Of a stretch of 64,000 nucleotides of DNA, positions 57,090 through 64,000 are shown piece by piece (position 1 is the first letter of the stretch; the number at the start of each line of letters is the position of its first letter). The translations under genes were made by a program, and so were the position numbers. A model generated the notes under the pieces. It was not told where the DNA came from, did not search any database, and worked only from the letters and a program-made list of their open reading frames with translations. The stretch is from an uncultured virus (IMG/VR IMGVR_UViG_2925643758_000002) (Duplodnaviria; Heunggongvirae; Uroviricota; Caudoviricetes): the IMG/VR virus record IMGVR_UViG_2925643758_000002; one strand, written 5' to 3'.

Positions 57090-58200
57090 AAAAAATTTCC
57101 CCTCTCGATTTAATTTTTAGGTTTTTTAATACTGAAGCATGCCCTCTGTCCTCTCCTATCATCATGAGGTCATCCGCAATCAACGAAGCGAACAAGTAGT
57201 TCATCCCTGTATGAAAATGGATGTATCCCTGATGCAATCTATCTTTAGAGAGACACTGAACATACTTGAAATATACCAGAAAGTCGGCATCACCTCCTAA
57301 AATTAATTCTTTTTCGAATAGCGACAGATCTGGTATCCCTCTGCCCTCTCTATGCTTGAAGTATATTTTTGCCAATTCAAGGTTATATTGCGTTTCTTTG
57401 ACTAAGACAGGCTCACCTACTAGCTTCATAACCTCCAGGCTTTTCTGGAAATATTCTAAGCTTTTTTCCTTATCTTTTTCTAGGTTGATCATACCGAGGT
57501 AATAATAGCCGTCTGATTGGTGTTTTAGATTCACTTGGCCCTTTATAAGGACATTTGCGTGATAAGAACATAGCTCAATCTCATTTAAGCTTAAATAGGC
57601 AGGAGCAAGAACTTCCGAAAGTCTATACAAATAACATTCTTTATAAAAAAGGGACCGCTCGGTATTCATTTTTTTAAGGTCTTTAACAACCTCTTCAGCT
57701 TCTCTCGTTATTCCATAAAAGTCCTTATGGTAGTAGTACGATACGCATTTATATATTCTCTTTAAAATATTTAGTTCTTTATTGCCGTAAGCTTTTACTT
57801 TCGACATTTGAGAGGAAAGCTGATTGAAGTTTGTTTTATAGGTCATGTAATCATGTAGAACTGTATACGCGCGGACATAGGGGACAAGGGCTTCATCTTC
57901 CTGAGAAATTTCAATAAGTTTTCCTAGCAACCCCACGTCGCGCTTTACAGCAGCGTACTCAAAAGCTTGCTTTGTAGCCTCTGTCGTAGGGAGTTTTAGG
58001 CACCAATCTCTCATTTTTTCGTGGTAATTTCCTTTAAAAAAGTATTGGCTCAATCTAAGTATTTTACGGAAACCGATTTTTCCATCATCTTCAAAATCAT
58101 ATAAGCAACTCGACTTTATCCCGGTGCTTTCTGCGAGTTGGCGAACATTCAAATCCATCTCTTTTCTTATCTCGATAACTTCATCGACTATTGATTGCAA
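57031..58200 (-). CDS. aimR: AimR-like RRNPP peptide receptor (HTH + TPR)
   Basis: N-terminal HTH, AFEYA motif, TPR-like helices; followed by a secreted peptide gene; TTG start at 58200 fits the RBS. Confidence 0.82.
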   Translation of the reverse strand: MQSIVDEVIEIRKEMDLNVRQLAESTGIKSSCLYDFEDDGKIGFRKILRLSQYFFKGNYHEKMRDWCLKLPTTEATKQAFEYAAVKRDVGLLGKLIEISQEDEALVPYVRAYTVLHDYMTYKTNFNQLSSQMSKVKAYGNKELNILKRIYKCVSYYYHKDFYGITREAEEVVKDLKKMNTERSLFYKECYLYRLSEVLAPAYLSLNEIELCSYHANVLIKGQVNLKHQSDGYYYLGMINLEKDKEKSLEYFQKSLEVMKLVGEPVLVKETQYNLELAKIYFKHREGRGIPDLSLFEKELILGGDADFLVYFKYVQCLSKDRLHQGYIHFHTGMNYLFASLIADDLMMIGEDRGHASVLKNLKIKSRGEIFYEKDFINCFSFRSGFCCVA

Positions 58201-58303
58201 ACATAACACCCCTCAAATACAATTTACTTAACTGGTTAAGCACAGTATACTACATATGCACACTTTTGTGTGCGGAATTTTTTAGAAAATCGGAGGTTTT
58301 TTA

Positions 58304-58513
58304 ATGATTAGTTATAAACCGCTTAGGGACTACCTTGAGGAAAGGGGAAAAACAACAGGCATTCTAAGGGATAAAGTGATTCACCGTAATCTTGTAACTA
58401 AAATTAACGAGGACAAGCCGGTAAGTATCTCTACAATTGAAACGATATGCCTCTTTCTCAAAGTCCCTATCGAGAATGTTGTTCAAATTGTACCTGATGA
58501 TGTGGAAAAATAA
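58304..58513 (+). CDS. Cro/XRE-like regulator
   Basis: MISYKPL...VS..TI..IC..L...I..VV; divergent from aimR; palindrome GCACAC-TTTT-GTGTGC at 58258-58273. Confidence 0.8.
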   Translation: MISYKPLRDYLEERGKTTGILRDKVIHRNLVTKINEDKPVSISTIETICLFLKVPIENVVQIVPDDVEK

Positions 58514-58566
58514 CTGTTTATAGTCTATAATTTCCTCCGTGACACCTTATCTGATGTAGTACGGAG

Positions 58567-58806
58567 GTGTTTATTACGTTTAAGGTCGGCAAATGTCGGA
58601 TACCCGAACTATGCAAGAAACGCGGAATCAGTCTCAGTCAACTCGCAGCAATGGTCGGAGTATCAAAAACGCAAATGTCCGATTACGTCAGCCTTCGGAA
58701 TCTTCCGAGCATCGAACGAACCTACAATATCGCAATGATGCTCGGCTGCGCGCCCGAAGATCTGTACGATTGGATTGAGGTACCCGACAGCAACACGGAG
58801 GGTTAA
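58567..58806 (+). CDS. XRE-family regulator
   Basis: HTH QLAAMVGVSKTQMSDY...PSIE...IA..LGC..EDLY. Confidence 0.85.
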   Translation: MFITFKVGKCRIPELCKKRGISLSQLAAMVGVSKTQMSDYVSLRNLPSIERTYNIAMMLGCAPEDLYDWIEVPDSNTEG

Positions 58807-58822
58807 TATAACCTCCGCCGAC

Positions 58823-59818
58823 CTAAAGTACGGGAATTCCCGAACCGAAACGTAAAGTATTCCTTACGACCTCCGCACGATCATACACGTCTCGCAACGC
58901 TTCTGTACCGCGCTTTATAAGTAGTTCATCAGCGTCTTTCACCTCCGTAATATAACCGTGCGCAAGCCGCACCTTTCCGCTCAAATAACGCTCAATCTCC
59001 CGCCGTAACTTTTCGCCAGCTTTGTCGTTATCTGTAACCACCGTTAAATATTCGATAGATGACTGCGCAATTATGTCCGCCTTCTGTAAATTAAATGTGC
59101 TGCCTCCGGTTCCGATCGCCGGTACGCCCGCAGACCGCCACGCCATAGTATCGATTTCCGCCTCGCATATCACCGCACTTTTAATCCGCTGCGCATATAC
59201 GAGATCCATTCCGTAAACTAAATACCGGATAGGCAAGCCGCCTTTTACGTACCAGAACGCCTTCCCCTTTGTTGCCCTATACTTAACGTTAGCCAGCCGG
59301 CCGTTAGGAAGCCGCCAAGGAATCGCGACTGCGTTACCGGCAAGTGATACGCCGGCCTCTTCTTGTACTGCGGCCGCAATGCCCCGGCCCGTCAGGTAAG
59401 CGTTAGGCCCCGGCGCCGTGTCAGCGAGGATCGATTCCGCTAAAGGCTCCGGCTTCGTGACGGGCTTTAATTTCGGAAGTCGCAGCGCCATACGTCCGCC
59501 TTCAGCCGCCGGTGCATACGTTTCCAATAAATACTCGATTGCGTCGTCTTCGGTTTCGCCACGCAGGAAAGCGAGCAGTTTAACGAACCCGCCTCGCGCA
59601 AATTCTTCATCATAAGCGCCTGAGTCGCCCCAATAGCCGGCTTTCGCTGACGCTGTGTCTTCGAGGTAGACGTAAAAGCTCGGAGTCCGATCGTATCTGA
59701 AAGGACTGGTGGCCAGCAGGCGTTCATCGCCCCATGTCGGCCGGGTCCAGTCGAATTGTTCGAGCTCATACCGAATGTCGACGTCCACAAAACGTCCATT
59801 CAAAGTTAATATCGGCAA
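58823..59818 (-). CDS. DNA primase (TOPRIM)
   Basis: ICEAEID, TDNDKAG and KDADE. Confidence 0.88.
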   Translation of the reverse strand: MPILTLNGRFVDVDIRYELEQFDWTRPTWGDERLLATSPFRYDRTPSFYVYLEDTASAKAGYWGDSGAYDEEFARGGFVKLLAFLRGETEDDAIEYLLETYAPAAEGGRMALRLPKLKPVTKPEPLAESILADTAPGPNAYLTGRGIAAAVQEEAGVSLAGNAVAIPWRLPNGRLANVKYRATKGKAFWYVKGGLPIRYLVYGMDLVYAQRIKSAVICEAEIDTMAWRSAGVPAIGTGGSTFNLQKADIIAQSSIEYLTVVTDNDKAGEKLRREIERYLSGKVRLAHGYITEVKDADELLIKRGTEALRDVYDRAEVVRNTLRFGSGIPVL

Positions 59819-59952
59819 TTCGAGACACTTCCTTTCGAGACTTGTAAATTATATTACGACATTGTTACGAGAATTACAGTCGCAATTTGTCGAAAATATT
59901 CAAAAATTTAGATGTAATTGTTGACAATATCATCCGGTAAATTCCAATCGCT

Positions 59953-61347
59953 CTAAAACTCGAACACGTCCGCAGCCCCGGCGCCCGTTTCCGGCTGTTT
60001 CACTACGCCGATTTGCGGAAGATAAATAATCTCTGCGACTTCCCCTTCGCCGCCATCGCGACCTTTATTCAATCCGATTAAGCCACGTCCTTCTTTCGCG
60101 TTCGTATCGACCGCAATCAATAACGCAGCATCTTCGAGCAGGGCTTTCGTTTTCTTGACGTCCTTACGCTGCGGCAGTTTAAGATCGCGCGTTCCATCTT
60201 CCGTTTCTTTCTCGTCATCCTCATCCGCCTGTGTGAGCGCAAATATGGTCGTTTTCGTATGCCCGGCCAGACGGCGCAGTTTTTGCGAAGTATTAGCCGC
60301 ATCCCCGCCCGCCGTCTTTGACGTATTGGCTTCGTAGTCGAGGTAATAAAACGGATCTACAAGCACGACGTCGGCCTTCGTTTCAATAATGTCCGATTTT
60401 AGGTCGCGCAGGGTTCTTGAGCCGAAGTCTTCATCGTCGACAGCTCGCACCGTAATGTTTCCCGGAATGATTTCGTTAAGACGATCAAGGAATTCCATAA
60501 AGCCCGCTTCGAACTCGTCGGATAGTTTGCCCTGACGTACGTCGCGAGAGTTGAAGCCGGCTTCCATATCGACGCCGTCAAGAGTCGCGGTCGTTACGCC
60601 CATGGTTCCGGAAATCGATACGTACAGACGCACCAACACTTCGTACCAGCCCATTTCCATCGACCAAATCAGAACGTTCGCCCCCTGCATCGCACAGTTA
60701 GTGACCTCTTCTAACGATACGGCCGATTTACCCCGGCCCGACTTTCCGTAGATCACGTACACGTTCGACGAGACGTAGCCACCCATCGCCTTATTAACAA
60801 AGTCGAATTTGCTGCGCCAGATCCGAAAGGACTCGCCGGCCTTACGGTTTTCATATTCCGCTTTAAACTTGTCGATGTCCCGTTTGATATCCGTCCCGAC
60901 CGAGTTTCGAACGTTTGTTCTCATTTTAAGACTTTCGGCCTGCCCCGTCAACCACTCGAAGAATTTTCCCATATCACCGCTTTTTTGCGCTTCAATAAAT
61001 CGTTTTTCGAGTTGCGGCTCCTGAACTTGGCGGCCGGTTTCCGGATCAATGCGGCCGTTCATCAGCTCGATAAATTCGCGCTCTGCCGCCCGATCCTTGA
61101 GGTTTTTCGCAAGGTAATCGTAGCTGGCTTCGATATTAAAATCCGGCTGGAAGTCCGGCACCTCATTCGTAACCATTTCGGCCGTCGGCGCTTGGCCTCG
61201 GTATTTCTCCGCGTAATCCATGACGTACCGGAAGGCCTTGCGTTCGCCCTGCGTTTGGAAGTCGGCTTCGGAAACATTGAAACGCAGAAGGGCGTTCGGA
61301 TCGTTTGCTTCGATAGCTTTCGATATAAGTAAAGTTCCGTAGTTCAT
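59953..61347 (-). CDS. Replicative DnaB-like (SF4) helicase
   Basis: GKSGRGKS, SMEM, VLVD, LTQ and KGRDG. Confidence 0.9.
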   Translation of the reverse strand: MNYGTLLISKAIEANDPNALLRFNVSEADFQTQGERKAFRYVMDYAEKYRGQAPTAEMVTNEVPDFQPDFNIEASYDYLAKNLKDRAAEREFIELMNGRIDPETGRQVQEPQLEKRFIEAQKSGDMGKFFEWLTGQAESLKMRTNVRNSVGTDIKRDIDKFKAEYENRKAGESFRIWRSKFDFVNKAMGGYVSSNVYVIYGKSGRGKSAVSLEEVTNCAMQGANVLIWSMEMGWYEVLVRLYVSISGTMGVTTATLDGVDMEAGFNSRDVRQGKLSDEFEAGFMEFLDRLNEIIPGNITVRAVDDEDFGSRTLRDLKSDIIETKADVVLVDPFYYLDYEANTSKTAGGDAANTSQKLRRLAGHTKTTIFALTQADEDDEKETEDGTRDLKLPQRKDVKKTKALLEDAALLIAVDTNAKEGRGLIGLNKGRDGGEGEVAEIIYLPQIGVVKQPETGAGAADVFEF

Positions 61348-61568
61348 GCGCGCTCCTCCCTTCGATTTTTACGAAAGAAAATCCGTTTAACTAATGCTCT
61401 TACTCCTAATGCAATCCCCTCAGCTGTATATAAAGCGCCTTCCCCGATATAGTAAATCGCGACTAGTGGTAAGTATATCGGAGATAGGACGAAGAAGATC
61501 ACGTTTTCTATGCGTACCTGTTTAGTCCACTCTTCATCCGTATAAACGCACCTAATTCTACGCTTCAT
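61344..61568 (-). CDS. Small membrane protein
   Basis: Hydrophobic core; coupled ORF. Confidence 0.55.
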   Translation of the reverse strand: MKRRIRCVYTDEEWTKQVRIENVIFFVLSPIYLPLVAIYYIGEGALYTAEGIALGVRALVKRIFFRKNRREERA

Positions 61569-62092
61569 TCGCCCGCCTCCCGTCTCAATTTCGCCATTAC
61601 ACCGTCAGCCTTCGCTTTATACTCCGCATCCCCAAACGTCTCGTATAGGCGCATGTTATCGTTGTATTCGTCCAGCAACTCGTCAGTCTTCCGTTTGCGT
61701 TTCGCAACTTCCTGCGCACTTAATACCCGCGCCGTCTTCGGCGTTTCCTTCGGCCCTTTCGCCATCCCAACCGCCTCCTTTTTCGCGTAACCTATTCCGA
61801 AAGAAAAATCATCCGTAAAGTGAAATGCCGAGCCTGACGGCTCCGGATAATTCGTCACGTCGTACGTTAAGAGATAATCTTCCGCGAACTGTTTCCGACA
61901 GACCAACCGCAGATCCATTTCGAACGCTTCGAGGAATTCGCCGTTTATGGCATCAGTTAGCTCGAAATCGACGTATTCACTTACGCCCCACTCCTCGGTT
62001 CTCTTTATTTCGCTCCAAGCATCAACGTAGAAAATCCGATTTTCGTACCCGGCAACCGATACGATATCTCCGAAGGTGAATTCCGTTTTCAT
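61565..62092 (-). CDS. Hypothetical phage protein
   Basis: Coupled ORF; C-terminal D.LLD.YND...L...FGD.EY. Confidence 0.6.
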   Translation of the reverse strand: MKTEFTFGDIVSVAGYENRIFYVDAWSEIKRTEEWGVSEYVDFELTDAINGEFLEAFEMDLRLVCRKQFAEDYLLTYDVTNYPEPSGSAFHFTDDFSFGIGYAKKEAVGMAKGPKETPKTARVLSAQEVAKRKRKTDELLDEYNDNMRLYETFGDAEYKAKADGVMAKLRREAGE

Positions 62093-62460
62093 GGTCGGCC
62101 ACCACCGTAGTAAACAATCGATATCTTTAATCCGTTCTTTTTCGCAAGGTCAATCATATGCTTAGTGCCTCGGCTCTTACCGTCCCAAAACGCCATTAAT
62201 GCGTCTGCTTCTTCCGCCATTTCTTTATTACGAATGTACCCGGCAGCCTTTCCGAATTTATCCCAATCGGCAGGATACTCACTTATTTCGTACCCTTTCT
62301 CGCGCGCATAACGTTCACCGAGACTATCCGCTCCGCGTGCTTTTCCGGACACAATTACGATCTTCTCGTTTTGTCGATTGCGTAGAGCCGAGTCTAATTT
62401 ACAACGCAGTAAGTCGTAGTCATTAAAATCACGCCCTCCTGCTACAACAACCTTAATCAT
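62089..62460 (-). CDS. SLOG/YspA-like (DUF2493) protein
   Basis: VAGGRDF.DY, SG.ARGAD, AG.IRN..M and FWDGKSRGT. Confidence 0.85.
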   Translation of the reverse strand: MIKVVVAGGRDFNDYDLLRCKLDSALRNRQNEKIVIVSGKARGADSLGERYAREKGYEISEYPADWDKFGKAAGYIRNKEMAEEADALMAFWDGKSRGTKHMIDLAKKNGLKISIVYYGGGRP

Positions 62461-63239
62461 CTACGCATCCCCCTTTTCGATTCGCCGACGAATTCAATCT
62501 CGCGGCATAGGTCGCCCACCCGATCGGCCAGACGTCGCTCACCGAATACTTGCCAAAGCTGATCTAGCGCAATGTTGCTCGTGTAGATCGTCGGTAGCTG
62601 ATTCGTTACTCTTGCGTTAATAACGGTATGCAAATCGCCGCGGAAGCCGTCCGTTGCATCGCGTACCCCTATATCGTCCAGCACGGCAAATGGCGCCTTC
62701 TTTGCGGCCTCAAGCGCACGATAATACCGGGCGGCCGCCGGCTCTGCGACTGAATCCGGAACACGCGGACGGTTGAATTCGTTATAGTCGTTCTGCCACG
62801 CGTTTACGTCGAGGAAATAGGCCGGCCGCTGCAACGGTTCGAGGCCGCGCCGCAGGGAGCCGCTATAATGGACACGTAGCCATTCGTTAAGAAGTGCGGC
62901 GGCCGTCGTCGTCTTTCCGGTGCCGGGCGATTCGCTTACGAGGTACAGCGACTTAATGCGGTCCGCTGCCGCTACCGAGCCGGATTGCTGATCGAATTGA
63001 CGATTAAATGTAGACGCGTAAGCATAAGCCGCTTTATAAGCCTCCGGTTGGTCACCGCGCGCTGACGAGTTCTGTAGCGTCACGAGCCGGTACTCACGCG
63101 GTAGCCCCGCCGCCGCCGACCGCCCTCCGTTTCCGCTTACGCCGTGCATCTGAATGAAAGCCGTACAGTGTTTCGTACAAGCCGCCGTACCTGCTCCCAT
63201 GCATCCGTTAGCAAGTACGCAATTGTTTTCGTTAGTCAT
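62457..63239 (-). CDS. DnaC/IstB-like helicase loader ATPase
   Basis: PGTGKTT, VLDDIG, TSN and RL.DR. Confidence 0.85.
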   Translation of the reverse strand: MTNENNCVLANGCMGAGTAACTKHCTAFIQMHGVSGNGGRSAAAGLPREYRLVTLQNSSARGDQPEAYKAAYAYASTFNRQFDQQSGSVAAADRIKSLYLVSESPGTGKTTTAAALLNEWLRVHYSGSLRRGLEPLQRPAYFLDVNAWQNDYNEFNRPRVPDSVAEPAAARYYRALEAAKKAPFAVLDDIGVRDATDGFRGDLHTVINARVTNQLPTIYTSNIALDQLWQVFGERRLADRVGDLCREIEFVGESKRGMRR

Positions 63240-63258
63240 ATTCGCGGACCTCCTTTCG

Positions 63259-63411
63259 TTAATTTTTACGGAGAGTAAACTCCGCTTTTACTTCCCGATT
63301 CCATTGATTGATCACAAACCTTCCTTTGGTCGCCGCGTATCCTCGCTGCTTAAGCCACTGGACCATAGCTTCGACGATCTCCGCCTCACTCATCGTATAT
63401 TTTAAAGTCAT
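63259..63411 (-). CDS. 50-aa hypothetical protein
   Basis: Manual translation; ATGA coupling. Confidence 0.45.
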   Translation of the reverse strand: MTLKYTMSEAEIVEAMVQWLKQRGYAATKGRFVINQWNREVKAEFTLRKN

Positions 63412-63764
63412 TCGCACTCATCCTTTTGTTTTTTCTCGTTTTCTAAATACGCATCTTTCTCCTCTTCGGTTAAGACCTCGTAATCTTCGTTCTCAAGGAA
63501 AAACATCGTTCCGAAGCACTCATCGTTAACATTTACGCCCATGCGAACCCAAGTTGGAAAAGCTGTAGTTTTATCTTCAACTGTTCCTTCCGGAAAGTTG
63601 ATTTCTACATATTCACGATCATACTCGCCGTTCTCGATTTTTTCTCTAATCCGAGACATATCGATAATTTTATGAACGCGGAGAACACTTCCTTCCGGAT
63701 AATTTTCGCCTCCGTAAATAGTCAATTTAATCAAATCTCCGACACTTGCTTTTGCCTTGGTCAT
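63408..63764 (-). CDS. Hypothetical protein
   Basis: Coupled ORF with RBS. Confidence 0.55.
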   Translation of the reverse strand: MTKAKASVGDLIKLTIYGGENYPEGSVLRVHKIIDMSRIREKIENGEYDREYVEINFPEGTVEDKTTAFPTWVRMGVNVNDECFGTMFFLENEDYEVLTEEEKDAYLENEKKQKDECE

Positions 63765-63976
63765 TCACCGATCACCTCTTCGCGTGAGTCGTCGATGATA
63801 GTTGTTATGCCGTTCCCTAAAAACAGTCTTACTGATTGAATGGGTACGAAGTCTGTCCGATGGTCCACCTCTTCAGATACAGTTAAACGCGGGTATTTAC
63901 GACTGTAGTAAACAACGTCGCCCACACGAACCTCAGTCGGCTGCGGAGCGTTCAAGTATTCGTCAGGCACCGCCAA
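63761..63976 (-). CDS. Hypothetical protein (may start beyond the window)
   Basis: ORF at the window edge. Confidence 0.45.
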   Translation of the reverse strand: MAVPDEYLNAPQPTEVRVGDVVYYSRKYPRLTVSEEVDHRTDFVPIQSVRLFLGNGITTIIDDSREEVIGE

Positions 63977-64000
63977 GCCTAGCGCACGTCTTAGCGCGAC

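Larger units (their letters stand above)
1..64000. mobile_element. Temperate Bacillus siphophage/prophage (window covers most of the genome)
   Basis: Integrase, lysis, tail, head, terminase, replication and arbitrium modules in continuous phage order; no host housekeeping operons seen. Confidence 0.97.

Overview
The whole window is one temperate Bacillus (subtilis-group-like) siphophage or prophage, starting at the ATG of its tyrosine integrase. The minus strand carries lysis, tail, head and packaging genes (about 3.3-26 kb). A mostly non-coding control region with tRNA-like remnants and repeats follows (27.9-29.5 kb), then a plus-strand accessory block ending in an ATP-dependent ligase (29.8-33.6 kb). 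A long minus-strand early/middle region holds a C5 methyltransferase, dNMP kinase, thyX, dUTPase, nrdIEF, RuvC, family A polymerase, SSB, primase, helicase and loader. The main finding is an unannotated 23-codon minigene at 33592-33663 (-), with its own RBS, candidate promoter and terminator. It encodes MGMPRGASPLESASRGASPSRGA, three tandem SPbeta-family arbitrium-type hexapeptides with no signal peptide, and is a candidate signal-mimic or jamming system against competing phages. The phage also has its own, different arbitrium locus (aimR plus an unannotated aimP ending EVRVGG). Further highlights are a group I intron with a homing endonuclease splitting the tape-measure gene, a methyltransferase with an optional N-terminal TRD-like extension, and tRNA-like elements lacking a normal anticodon arm. 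All calls come from reading the sequence by eye; no searches were run.
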